64,000 bases of DNA from Polyangia bacterium (GCA_030426145.1 JAUHZF010000008.1:819-64818); one strand, 5' to 3'. Positions 54,204 through 63,500 are shown, numbered from the stretch's first letter. Numbers and translations: made by a program. Notes: a model not told the origin generated them from the sequence alone.

Positions 54204-56429
54204 GTGCGACGTGCCCCTTCGTCACCGACGAGTACGATGACCACCGTGAACCCCAGCCTCAGCGCCGCCTCCGATGCGACGGGTGCCGCAACCGAACCGA
54301 CCGGGAAGGCCGGCACCGGCGAGATCCGGCTGCGTGCCCCCGAGCTCGCACGCGTGGTGGAGATCGCGGCTGAGGCACAGCGAGTGAACGTGGTGCCGGA
54401 GAACGTGCTCACCTCGGCCATTCGCCACGCCGCCGACAGCGAACCCGATCGCATCGGCGCCCTGCAGGCCCTGGCCGCCACCTGTCTCGAACACAGCCTC
54501 AGCCCAGTGGTTCACAACGTGACCCACCAGGAGCTCATCGAGCTGCTCCGCGAGGGCCTCGTGATGGCGCTCTGGTGCGACGCATTCGGCGAGCCGCGAT
54601 GGATGGTCGTCGAGGGACGCGAAGATGGCACCCACGCCATCGTTCACGACCTTCGGCAGTCGCGGACCACGCGACGCAAGCAGCGCATCACCCGTTACGT
54701 CGATGGACTCGCGAGCACTGGCATGATGAGCGTGGCCGCGATCAGCATCGAGCCACGCTACCCCCTCGACGTGCTCGCGGGCCGGTCCGTCGGCGGCGAC
54801 CCCGGCCCCGGTCGGGCGTTGAGGCGACTCTGGTCGTTTGCGCGCCTCGAGAGCTCCGAGCTCTGGATGGTCTTCATCTACGCCATCCTCATCGGCGTGC
54901 TCACGCTGCTCACGCCGGTGGCGGTGCAGGCGCTCGTGAACTCCATCGCCTTCGGGTCGGTGCTGCAGCCGCTCATCATCCTCACCCTCGCGTTGCTCGC
55001 CGGCCTCGCCTTCGCAGCAGGCCTCAACGTGCTGCGCCTCTACGTCGTCGAGGTGCTGCAGCGTCGGGTCTTCGTCCGCGTGGCGGGCGACTTCGGTCGC
55101 CGCCTACCCCGGCTCGGCGCCGAGCTGCACGATCGCCGCTTCGCCCCCGAGCTCGCCAACCGCTTCTTCGACGTCATCACGGTTCAGAAGGCTGGCTCCA
55201 CCCTCGTGGTCGATGCCCTGGGCTTGCTCCTGCAGACAGCCATGGGGCTCCTGCTGCTGGCCTTCTATCACCCGATCCTGCTCGCCTTCGACGCCGTGCT
55301 CTTGGTCCTGCTGACCGGGCTCATCTTCATCCCCGCGACCCGCGGCGTGAAGTCGGCCATCAAAGAGTCGAAGGCGAAGTTCGCCACCGCGGCCTGGCTC
55401 GAGACGGTCGCAGCCAACCCCGAGCTCTTCGCCAACGCGGGTAGCACCGACAACGCGGCGGCCCGCACCGAAGCCCTCTGCCGCACCTACCTCGACGCGC
55501 GCTCCACCCACTACAGCAAGCTGCTCACCCAGATCGTCGGTGGGCTCGCGCTCCAGGTCTTCGCGAGCGTCGCCCTGCTCGGCGTGGGCGGCTGGTTGGT
55601 GATCAACCGCCAGCTCACCCTCGGTCAGCTCGTCGCCGCCGAGCTCGTGGTCGCCGCCATCGGCTCTGGTTTCGCCAAGCTCGGCAAGCAGCTCGAGAAG
55701 CTCTACGACGCGGTCGCGGCCATGGATAAGATCGGCGAGGTCGTCGACGCCGAACGTGAGCGCGACGGGGGCGAAGCCATTCGGGGCGAGGGCCCCATGC
55801 ACCTTCGGCTCGCCGACCTGGCACACCCGCGCCTCGCGTGCCCAATCGATGCTGACATTCGCGCGGGTGAGCGCATCGCCATCGTGGGCGCGCCCGGCAG
55901 CGGCAAGACGACCCTCCTCGACCTCCTCGCCGGAAGGCGCGAGCCGAGCCACGGCACCGTGCGCGCCGATGGCATCGACCTTCGACAGGCCGACCTCCTT
56001 CGCTATCGCCAAGAGGTGGGGCGGGTCGGCGCCGAACCACACTTCGCGGCCATCTCGATCGGGGAGTACATGCGGCTCGCGGCGCCTACGGCCACCAGCG
56101 ACGACATCCGCGAGGCGGTCACCTTGGTGGGCCTCGACGAAGCGATCAACAACATCCCCAAGGGTCTCGAGTCCCAGCTCCTGCCCCACGGAGGACCCCT
56201 GTCCCGCTCCCAGGCCCTCCGCCTCGCGGTCGCACGCGTGATCGTGCAGCAGCCCCGGCTCATCCTGCTCGACCAAACCCTCGACGTGCTCGCGGAGGAG
56301 GTGCGGATCATCGACGCGCTTCTACGACCGGGCGCCCCATGGACCGTCGTCGTCGTGACCCGAGACGAAGCCATCCTCTCCCGCTGCGACCGCATCATCA
56401 CCCTTCGCCCCGCTTCGGAGGAATCATGA
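54204..56429 (+). CDS. Type I secretion ABC transporter (HlyB-like half-transporter) with an N-terminal cytoplasmic domain and a degenerate nucleotide-binding domain
   Basis: Six-TM ABC membrane domain. Walker A is GAPGSGKTT. The signature reads LSRSQ, Walker B reads LILLDQ, and the H-loop region reads VVVVTRDE. An alternative start is the ATG at 54237. Confidence 0.85.
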   Translation: MRRAPSSPTSTMTTVNPSLSAASDATGAATEPTGKAGTGEIRLRAPELARVVEIAAEAQRVNVVPENVLTSAIRHAADSEPDRIGALQALAATCLEHSLSPVVHNVTHQELIELLREGLVMALWCDAFGEPRWMVVEGREDGTHAIVHDLRQSRTTRRKQRITRYVDGLASTGMMSVAAISIEPRYPLDVLAGRSVGGDPGPGRALRRLWSFARLESSELWMVFIYAILIGVLTLLTPVAVQALVNSIAFGSVLQPLIILTLALLAGLAFAAGLNVLRLYVVEVLQRRVFVRVAGDFGRRLPRLGAELHDRRFAPELANRFFDVITVQKAGSTLVVDALGLLLQTAMGLLLLAFYHPILLAFDAVLLVLLTGLIFIPATRGVKSAIKESKAKFATAAWLETVAANPELFANAGSTDNAAARTEALCRTYLDARSTHYSKLLTQIVGGLALQVFASVALLGVGGWLVINRQLTLGQLVAAELVVAAIGSGFAKLGKQLEKLYDAVAAMDKIGEVVDAERERDGGEAIRGEGPMHLRLADLAHPRLACPIDADIRAGERIAIVGAPGSGKTTLLDLLAGRREPSHGTVRADGIDLRQADLLRYRQEVGRVGAEPHFAAISIGEYMRLAAPTATSDDIREAVTLVGLDEAINNIPKGLESQLLPHGGPLSRSQALRLAVARVIVQQPRLILLDQTLDVLAEEVRIIDALLRPGAPWTVVVVTRDEAILSRCDRIITLRPASEES

Positions 56430-57781
56430 GACGCGACCGAGAGCTCCAGCTCTACAGCTTCACCGCCCCCAGCCGCGTCCCGGCGAGCCAAGTCCACCCG
56501 CTGGTGCGCTGGCTCACCCGCGCCCTCTGGATCTTCGCCGTGGTGTCGGTGGTGGGCCTTCTTCTCGCACCCTGGCAGCAGTCCGTCACCGGCACTGGGC
56601 GCGCCATCGCCTACGCCCCCACCGACCGCACCCAGAACCTCGAGGCGCCCATCAAGGGCCGCATCACCAAGTGGTACGTGGTCGAAGGCTCGCAGGTGCA
56701 AGCCGGCGACCCCATCGCCGACATCAGCGACAACGACCCCAACTACCTCACGCGCCTCGAGCAGCAGCGCAAGGCCGCCGAGAGTCGGGTCGAAGCGGCC
56801 AGGACTGCCATCACCATCAACGAGGCGCGCGTATCGGCCCTCAAGTCTGCCCGTAGCGCCGCGGTGGCCAACGCCGAGCTCTACGTTCAGATCGCCAACG
56901 ACAAGCTGTCGGCCGCCAAGCAGGACCTCGAAGCCGCCGAAGCCGCCTACAAGACGGCCCAGCTCAACCACGAGCGCCAGCAGACCCTCGGCAAGGAGGG
57001 CCTCGCCTCCAAGCGGAAGGTCGAGCTCGCCGAGCTCAAGCTCGAGACCACGCGTAGCAAGCGCGACGCGGCCAAGGCCAAGGTGCGGGCCGCTCGGCGC
57101 GAGGTGGCTGCGGCCGGTGCCAAGCTCGACAACATCGGCAGCAAAGAGGACTCGAACATCGCCAAGGCAGAGGAGTCGCTTCAGAAGCTTCGGTCCGATG
57201 AGCTCAAGGCCCAGCAGGAGCTGACCAAAGCCGAGTCGAACTTCTCGCGCCAGGAGCAGATGAAGATCGTCGCCCCGATCAGCGGCACCGTGCTCAGGCT
57301 CGTGGCCAACGGCCCGGGTCACTTCGTGAAAGAGGGCGATCAGCTGGCGCAGATCGTCCCCAACACCGCCTCACGTGCCGTCGAGCTCTGGGTGAGCGGC
57401 AACGACGCTCCCCTCATCACCAAGGGCCGCAAGGTGCGCGTGCAGTTCGAGGGCTGGCCCGCGGTGCAGTTCGTGGGTTGGCCGTCGGTGGCCGTCGGCA
57501 CGTTTGGGGGCGAGGTCGCATTCGTCGACGCGACCGATGACGGCTCCGGCAAGTTCCGCATCGTGATCGTGCCCGACCCCGACGACGATCCCTGGCCCGA
57601 GGCGCGCTACCTCCGCCAAGGCGTGCGCTCGAACGGCTGGGTCTTGCTCAACGAAGTCACGGTGGCCTTCGAGCTGTGGCGACAGCTCAACGGCTTCCCC
57701 CCCGTCGTCGACGCGCCGGGCACCCCCGGCGATTTGCCCAAGGGCAACAAACCCAAGGGCACCGAGGAAAAGAAGAAGTGA
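56426..57781 (+). CDS. HlyD-family membrane fusion protein
   Basis: ATGA overlap with the ABC stop. N-terminal TM segment, lipoyl-like motif (IKGRITKWYVVEGSQVQAGDPIADI), and a long coiled coil. Confidence 0.85.
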   Translation: MRRDRELQLYSFTAPSRVPASQVHPLVRWLTRALWIFAVVSVVGLLLAPWQQSVTGTGRAIAYAPTDRTQNLEAPIKGRITKWYVVEGSQVQAGDPIADISDNDPNYLTRLEQQRKAAESRVEAARTAITINEARVSALKSARSAAVANAELYVQIANDKLSAAKQDLEAAEAAYKTAQLNHERQQTLGKEGLASKRKVELAELKLETTRSKRDAAKAKVRAARREVAAAGAKLDNIGSKEDSNIAKAEESLQKLRSDELKAQQELTKAESNFSRQEQMKIVAPISGTVLRLVANGPGHFVKEGDQLAQIVPNTASRAVELWVSGNDAPLITKGRKVRVQFEGWPAVQFVGWPSVAVGTFGGEVAFVDATDDGSGKFRIVIVPDPDDDPWPEARYLRQGVRSNGWVLLNEVTVAFELWRQLNGFPPVVDAPGTPGDLPKGNKPKGTEEKKK

Positions 57782-59424
57782 GCTCGAACTTGCCGCGCGG
57801 CCTGCTGGCCGCGGTCCTCGTCCTGTCCTGGGCGTCGACGCTTCATGCCCAAGAGCCCGCGCCAGTCCCGTCTCCAGACGCTCCGGCTCCAGGCGCTCCG
57901 GCTCCAGATGCGCCGGCTCCAGATGCGCCGGCTCCAGACGCCGATCCACCCAGGGGGTCGGGACCGGAGAACGTCGAGCCCGTACCCGCGCCGGCGCCCG
58001 ACGGCGTGGAGGTGGGGGCGCCCGACATGGGCACCATGCTCAACCCTCCGCGTCCTCGAACCGGGCCGAGCCTCACGCTGGGCACCGTCCTCCGGTCGAT
58101 GGACGACGGTAAGCACCCCAAGCTCGAGGAGGCGGAGGCCAAGATCGAAGCCGCCGAAGGCAAGCTCCAGAGCAAGGAGGGCGTCTTCGACCCCAAAGCC
58201 AAGGTCAGCTTCAAGACGCAGCCCCTCGGCTACTACGACAAGGGAAACTTCGACGCCCTCATCACCCAGGACTCGCCGCTGTGGGGCGCCAGCTTCTACG
58301 CCGGCTACCGCCGCTCGGTGGGCTCCTTCCCCACCTACGACGGGCAATACGTCACCCTGAATGGTGGCGAGTTCCGCGCCGGGTTCGACCTGCCCGTGTG
58401 GCGCGGGGGTCCCATCGACCAGCGTCGGGCCGACATCAACCAGGCCGAGCTCGCGGTGACAGGCGCCGAGCGCGACCGCGACATGACGGAGCTGCTCGTC
58501 GACAACGCAGCCGCCTACGCCTACTGGTCCTGGGTCGAAGCCGGGCTCATGCTCGAGATCAACGAAGGGCTGCTCGAGGTGGCCGACAGGCGTAACCAGG
58601 GCCTCGTGCGGCGCATCGAAGAAGGCGCCGCCCCGGAGATCGAAGGCATCGACAACCAGCGTACGGTGTTCGACCGCCGCACCAAGGTCATCGCTGCCCG
58701 ACGTAAGCTCGAGACGGCGGCGATCAAGCTGAGCCTCTACCTGCGTGACGCCGAGGGCCGCACCCGACGCCCGGGGCGTGAGCAGCTGCCCGCCGCGATT
58801 CCAGAGCCGGATGAGCCCGATGCCGCCCAGCTCGGTGACGACATCCGGCTCGCCACCAAGAAGCGCGCCGACGTGCGTGCGCTCCAGGCCCAGGTAGACC
58901 AGGCCCAGGTGGAAGCCGACCTGCGCGACAACCAGGTGGCCCCACAGGTGAACATCCTCGGCTGGGTGTCGCAAGACATCGGCTCGGTGTCGCTGCAGGA
59001 CAAGGCGCATACCGAGACCCCACAGCTCCGGCCTTTTGATCTCGGGGTGGGGATCTCGGTCGAGATCCCCCTCCTGCTCCGCAAAGACCGCGGCAACTCC
59101 GCAGCGGCCCGGGGCAAGCTCGGCGCAGCACGGGCCAAGATGCGCTGGCAACGCGATCAAGCAGAAGCCGACGTGCGCCAAGCCTTCGCCAACCTGCGTG
59201 CGGCCTACGAAACCGTCTCCCTCGCCCGCGATACCCGCAAAGCGGCGGAGGCCCTCGCCCGCGCCGAGCGACGCAAGTTCGCCCTCGGCTCGAGCGACAT
59301 CCTCTACGTGAACATCCGCGAGCTCTATGCGGCCGAAGCCGCCACCAAAGAGATCAAGGCCCTCGCCGACTACCAGCGTGCCCTCGCCGACTACCGCACC
59401 GCCTCGGGCCGCGGCCTGCGCTGA
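57778..59424 (+). CDS. TolC-family outer-membrane channel protein
   Basis: GTGA overlap with the HlyD stop. Signal peptide (LLAAVLVLSWASTLHA), an (APAPD)n linker, and tandem TolC-type helical repeats ending in ALADYRTASG. Confidence 0.85.
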   Translation: MSSNLPRGLLAAVLVLSWASTLHAQEPAPVPSPDAPAPGAPAPDAPAPDAPAPDADPPRGSGPENVEPVPAPAPDGVEVGAPDMGTMLNPPRPRTGPSLTLGTVLRSMDDGKHPKLEEAEAKIEAAEGKLQSKEGVFDPKAKVSFKTQPLGYYDKGNFDALITQDSPLWGASFYAGYRRSVGSFPTYDGQYVTLNGGEFRAGFDLPVWRGGPIDQRRADINQAELAVTGAERDRDMTELLVDNAAAYAYWSWVEAGLMLEINEGLLEVADRRNQGLVRRIEEGAAPEIEGIDNQRTVFDRRTKVIAARRKLETAAIKLSLYLRDAEGRTRRPGREQLPAAIPEPDEPDAAQLGDDIRLATKKRADVRALQAQVDQAQVEADLRDNQVAPQVNILGWVSQDIGSVSLQDKAHTETPQLRPFDLGVGISVEIPLLLRKDRGNSAAARGKLGAARAKMRWQRDQAEADVRQAFANLRAAYETVSLARDTRKAAEALARAERRKFALGSSDILYVNIRELYAAEAATKEIKALADYQRALADYRTASGRGLR

Positions 59425-59426
59425 AC

Positions 59427-60914
59427 CTACTCCGAGGTGGGCTCTTCATCGGGCACGTTGCCCGAGTCCGAGGGGACCGATTCGCCGCTCGAGGGGCCGT
59501 CGCTCGATGGCCCCACGCTCGGCGGCTGTCCGCTGAACCGCACCTGGTGCGACTCGCGAAGCACGTGTCGGATCACCGCCACCGTGTCGTAGCCCATGGC
59601 CTCACACAGGTCGCGGAGCATCTTCGCCTCGTCGGCGCTGAAGGCCACCTCGACCACGAGCGGTTGCTTCGGGGTCGGCATCGAGCGTGCCCGTAGCGAC
59701 ATCGGCGCTTGTGAATGGGGCGACGACGCTTCCTGACCAGGACCTGGCACCCAGGCCGGGATCTGGTCCGCCCGCTTGTCGAGGGGCACGGGCGCGGTCT
59801 TCTCACGCTTCTTGGGGGTGGCGACCCGCGTCGGCACCTTCGATGAAGACACCGGCGCCTGACGCTGCGACATCGGTGACGAGTCGGTCTGGTGCCGCCG
59901 AGCCTCCGCGAGGTGCCACGCAGCTTCCCAGGTGAGGTTGGCGCCCGACTCGACCATCGCCACGATCACGCGTCGCGCCTCGGCCTCGTTTTCGATCGCG
60001 ACCGTACCGCGCCACGTGAGCGTGCAGCGCAAGCGGTTGGTATCGATCCAGAGGGTGTCGCCCCGCATCTGAACCCGCTGAGCGCCGCTGTTGCGCTCGA
60101 CGTAGACGCGCGGCGCGAGGCCCGGGAGCTTCATCTTCAGGGTCGCCTCCTCGGGGTGCAGGTGCTCGAGGAGGATCTCCTCATCGGCGCGGATCGCGCT
60201 GAGCCGTTGGTCGCGCGGCGCGACGTTGAAGAAGTCCCAGTTGATGTTCGCCGGCACCGGCGTCTGCGCCCAATCCTGCCCGAGCCACGCGCGCTGGGTG
60301 TCGTCGAGCAGGCGCTGCCGTGCGGGCCAACGCGCGGGAATGGGACCAAAGCCGCAGGGCGTGAGGGGCTCGGCCAGGCTCGGCGTCTCACCCACGGCCT
60401 GAAGGTTGGGGAGAAGGATACGACCGTCGTCCTGTTCGACGAGGCCCATGCCCACCGGGTTGTTGGTGTGCTTCCCGCCCGGGGCCCGCTCGTAGCCGAG
60501 GGCCATCTTGCTGAAGAACTTGTTGTCGCGAACCCGCCCATCGCGGCGCATGTAGCGGTCGGCATGCACTTCGATCCGCTTGTCGACCGTGCCCACCTTG
60601 ACCCGTGCCACGAGCGCACTCGCGAGCTCGTCCGGCGGCGAATAGGCCTTCCCCACCACCGTCACGTCGGCCTGGCTCTTGTACGGCGCGAGATCCGAGG
60701 CGCTGTAGAGGCCGAGCTTTTTGTCGTTCTGCGCGTGCAGATCGCGCTCGTTCACGTCGTCCTGGGCCTCGGCGAGCGGGGCCACGCCGGCCTTCAGCTC
60801 GTAGGAGGCCTTGGTGATGACGGTGAGTACGAGTGACCCGGCCTGGGGACGCCACAACAAGGTGGCGCTCTTCAGCGGGCTCAACTCGACGAGCTCGACC
60901 TCGGACATAGCCAT
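59427..60914 (-). CDS. Second DUF2169 domain protein, with a disordered linker and a ribbon-helix-helix-like C-terminal module
   Basis: DUF2169 blocks: LVLTVITKASYEL, PYKSQADVTVVGKAY, CGFGPIPARW, WDFFNVAPRDQ, DTLWIDTNRLRCTLTWR. The start is taken at MAMSEVELV; the ORF extends to 60956. Confidence 0.75.
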   Translation of the reverse strand: MAMSEVELVELSPLKSATLLWRPQAGSLVLTVITKASYELKAGVAPLAEAQDDVNERDLHAQNDKKLGLYSASDLAPYKSQADVTVVGKAYSPPDELASALVARVKVGTVDKRIEVHADRYMRRDGRVRDNKFFSKMALGYERAPGGKHTNNPVGMGLVEQDDGRILLPNLQAVGETPSLAEPLTPCGFGPIPARWPARQRLLDDTQRAWLGQDWAQTPVPANINWDFFNVAPRDQRLSAIRADEEILLEHLHPEEATLKMKLPGLAPRVYVERNSGAQRVQMRGDTLWIDTNRLRCTLTWRGTVAIENEAEARRVIVAMVESGANLTWEAAWHLAEARRHQTDSSPMSQRQAPVSSSKVPTRVATPKKREKTAPVPLDKRADQIPAWVPGPGQEASSPHSQAPMSLRARSMPTPKQPLVVEVAFSADEAKMLRDLCEAMGYDTVAVIRHVLRESHQVRFSGQPPSVGPSSDGPSSGESVPSDSGNVPDEEPTSE

Positions 60915-61265
60915 CGATTGTAAGCGCAAGCGGGCGGAGAGGGGGGAAGCAACCATGGCAAGCGGAGCTTCTTACGTCCCCCCGGCGCGCTCCTTCCCGC
61001 CACGAAGTTGCTCACGGCCCAGCACTGGACCCGATGGGGCCAGAGGACTAAGTACGAGGCCTTGTATTCGCTACAATTCGTCGCCAAGCGATGTCGTCTG
61101 GGGTGCGGCCCCACGCGTGGCGTGGAGAGCGGCCGTTCTCCGAAGGCCCCGAGCGGACGATGCGAACAGGGATGGTGTTCGCGGAGCTTCGACGCGTGGT
61201 CGCCCCCGGCCGCGGCGAGCCGTGATGTAGCGACCCCTTGGGGAAGCCGATAGGTAGAGCCGCAG

Positions 61266-61979
61266 ATGGAGCTGGAACCCCAGACCACCTACAGCCTCGC
61301 AGAGGCGACCTTCGGCCTCACGGCGGCGATCGTGGCACCGACCTTCGGCCTCATCGGCTTCCTGCTCGGACGTCGTGACCTTTCCGGGCTCATCCGCTTC
61401 GCGTTGCCGGTGCTGGGCGTCGTAGCCGGCCTCGCCGGTGCGGGGGCCGTGGTCTACACGCTCTACCCCAACTACCCCGCGGTGGGCTTTCCCGAGCGCT
61501 ACGCGCCGCTGCTCGTCTTGCCGGCACACCTCCTGGGGCTCGCGGCGGTGCGCATGCTCATACCCAAGCGCGCCGAAGCGAAGACCGAGGAAGACATCGA
61601 AGCCGAACGAAAGGTGCGGCGCTTCGTGAGCTACATCTGCGCCGGCGGTTGGGTCATCGCGACCATCGTCTCCATCAGTCTCGGCTTCACGGTGGTGATG
61701 CCCCCACGACTCGCCCTCCCCGAGAGCGCAACCCGCATCGAAGAGACCCTCGAGGGCAAGCGCATGATCACCGACCATCGCTACCGGCTCGAAGCGGACA
61801 TGAGCGAAGCCACCTTCCACGACTACGCGAATCAGCTCGAGCTCGACCGCACGGGCCCCACCCTCTACCGCAGCCAGAACGGCGACTGCGGGATGTCGGC
61901 ACGCTACGCCGCCGGGCGCATGCAGCTCGAGAGCTGGTGCAAGAGCTCGAACGCCAAGCCAACCCCCTCAGCGACCTGA
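61266..61979 (+). CDS. Hypothetical integral membrane protein (about 4 TM segments)
   Basis: 237-aa ORF with four clear hydrophobic segments and a soluble C-terminal domain. The opposing ORF 61071..61820 is Arg/His-rich. Confidence 0.55.
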   Translation: MELEPQTTYSLAEATFGLTAAIVAPTFGLIGFLLGRRDLSGLIRFALPVLGVVAGLAGAGAVVYTLYPNYPAVGFPERYAPLLVLPAHLLGLAAVRMLIPKRAEAKTEEDIEAERKVRRFVSYICAGGWVIATIVSISLGFTVVMPPRLALPESATRIEETLEGKRMITDHRYRLEADMSEATFHDYANQLELDRTGPTLYRSQNGDCGMSARYAAGRMQLESWCKSSNAKPTPSAT

Positions 61980-61998
61980 ACCGGTCGACATGAACCTG

Positions 61999-62160
61999 TG
62001 GCCCACATGGGCCTCGGGCCCACATGGGCCTCGGTCCCGCATGGCCTTCGGGCCCACATGGCCTTCGGGCCCGCATGGCCTCCGGCCCGCATGGCTTCCG
62101 GCCCACATGGGCTTCGGGCCCGCATGGCCTCCGGCCCGCATGCCTTCTGGCCCACTGGCC
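61999..62160. repeat. Tandem array of about 10 units of a 16-17 bp palindromic motif (GGGCCCRCATGGSCYTC)
   Basis: Read directly. Units contain GGCCCA..TGGGCC inverted repeats. The period is not a multiple of 3. The ORFs listed over it on both strands are artefacts. Confidence 0.8.
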
Positions 62161-62192
62161 CGCCAGAGTTCGTAGCCGAGCCCTCGGCTTGC

Positions 62193-62680
62193 GGTTTGGC
62201 CCCGATGGGTCCTGGGACACGAGGACGGCCCGACTCTGCGTAGTCGCCCCCCCAGCCCCTTAAAAACTTCAAATCATTCAACTATGACGACTCCGCGGAG
62301 TCGGCGGGGCGATTCCATGCCCGTTTCGAGCACCGAGACCGCGATCGGGGGTTTGGCCCCGATGGGTCCTGGGACACGAGGTCGGTCCAACTCCGCTGAG
62401 TCGTCTCCGAGTTTCAACCAACCAAAATCATTCAACTCTGACGACTCCGCGGAGTCGTCGGGGCGATTCCATGCCCGTTTCGAGCACCGAGACCGGCGCT
62501 CTGGGGCCTTCGTAGGCGGTCTTGCCCCGATGGGTCCTGGGACACGAGGTCGGCCCGACTCCGCGGAGTCGCCCCCCAAATCCCTCAACAGCTTCAAATC
62601 ATTCAACTCTGACGACTCCGCGGAGTCGTCGAGGCGATTCCATGCCCGGTTCGAGCACCGAAACCGCGATCGGGGGCCTC
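62193..62680. repeat. Three tandem copies (about 157-168 bp) of a composite structured element carrying GACTCCGCGGAGTC palindromes
   Basis: Copies start at 62193, 62350 and 62518 with GGT(T/C)TTGCCCCGATGGGTCCTGGGACACGAGG. Each has two palindrome sites (e.g. 62289-62302), an AT-rich spacer (CAAATCATTCAACT) and GGGGCGATTCCATGCCCGTTTCGAGCACCGAGACC. Confidence 0.8.
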
Positions 62681-62776
62681 CGTGAGTCGTCGCTGCGACG
62701 CCGCTTGTTCTAGCGGACGTTTCTCGTTGCGCTTTCAAGCCGCGCTTCCCAGGCGCACTCGAGGCGCCGGCGAAGC

Positions 62777-63475
62777 TCAGGCCAGGGCCGCAGTGTAGAG
62801 CCAGAAGACACCGACGACCATCGCCGTCGCCCCTGCAAAGCGCAGGGCGGTGGGCACGTGCTCATCACGACGGACGAGCACCTTGGCCCCGAGGGCGAAG
62901 ACCGCCATCGCGCCGACGGCGCCCACGAGATAGCTCACGAGGTAGATCGCGGCGGGGCGGAGGTCGCTCGCGACGGCCGGCAGGATAGTCACGAGGTGCG
63001 CCGTGCCGGCGAGGCCGTGAAGCGCTCCGATGACGAAGGCGGAGTGGGGGTGACCCCGGTGGCGCGGGGCCCGACCCGCGTCGTGCTCACGCTCATGCTC
63101 GCTCCGAGGCGAGAAGTGCACGTGGGGATGCGCGTGCACTTCGCCGTGATGGTCGTGAGCGTGGTCGTGGATGGTCAGAAGGCGGCTCGCGCGAACGGCC
63201 TGGAGCCCGACGAACAGCAGCAGGATCCCCACGGCGACCTCGGCCCATCGAGAGACGAGGTCGATGTCGACCCACTGCCGCACGCCGATGGCGACCGCTC
63301 CGAGCACGGCGACGCCGAGCCCGTGGCCGAGCCCCCACTGCACACCGACGCGCAACGCCCGCTTTCGAGACGCCACCGCGAAGGGGAGCACCGCGGCGAG
63401 GTGATCGGGGCCCGAGAAGACGTGGGCCACGCCCGCGGCGAGTCCCGTCCCCAACAAGAGCAGTTCGGTCCCCAC
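62777..63475 (-). CDS. HupE/UreJ-like metal (Ni/Co) transporter membrane protein with a His-rich loop
   Basis: GTG start at 63475. AHVFSGPDHLAAV fits the HPxxGxDH signature pattern. The loop is HDHAHDHHGEVHAHPHVH. Six hydrophobic segments. Confidence 0.65.
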   Translation of the reverse strand: MGTELLLLGTGLAAGVAHVFSGPDHLAAVLPFAVASRKRALRVGVQWGLGHGLGVAVLGAVAIGVRQWVDIDLVSRWAEVAVGILLLFVGLQAVRASRLLTIHDHAHDHHGEVHAHPHVHFSPRSEHEREHDAGRAPRHRGHPHSAFVIGALHGLAGTAHLVTILPAVASDLRPAAIYLVSYLVGAVGAMAVFALGAKVLVRRDEHVPTALRFAGATAMVVGVFWLYTAALA

Positions 63476-63500
63476 CGTGGTCTCCTTCTTCGTGTCGAGC

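Noticed and set aside
62193-62680. CRISPR array
   Set aside because: The repeated part makes up most of each ~160-bp period. The variable segments are short and unequal. Only three units are present, and there are no cas genes in the window.
61768-62738. Multiple overlapping ORFs (61-154 aa) on both strands over the 62-kb repeats
   Set aside because: The 16-17-bp and ~160-bp periodicities are not multiples of 3. The ORFs exist in several frames simultaneously, and their peptide repeats drift in frame.
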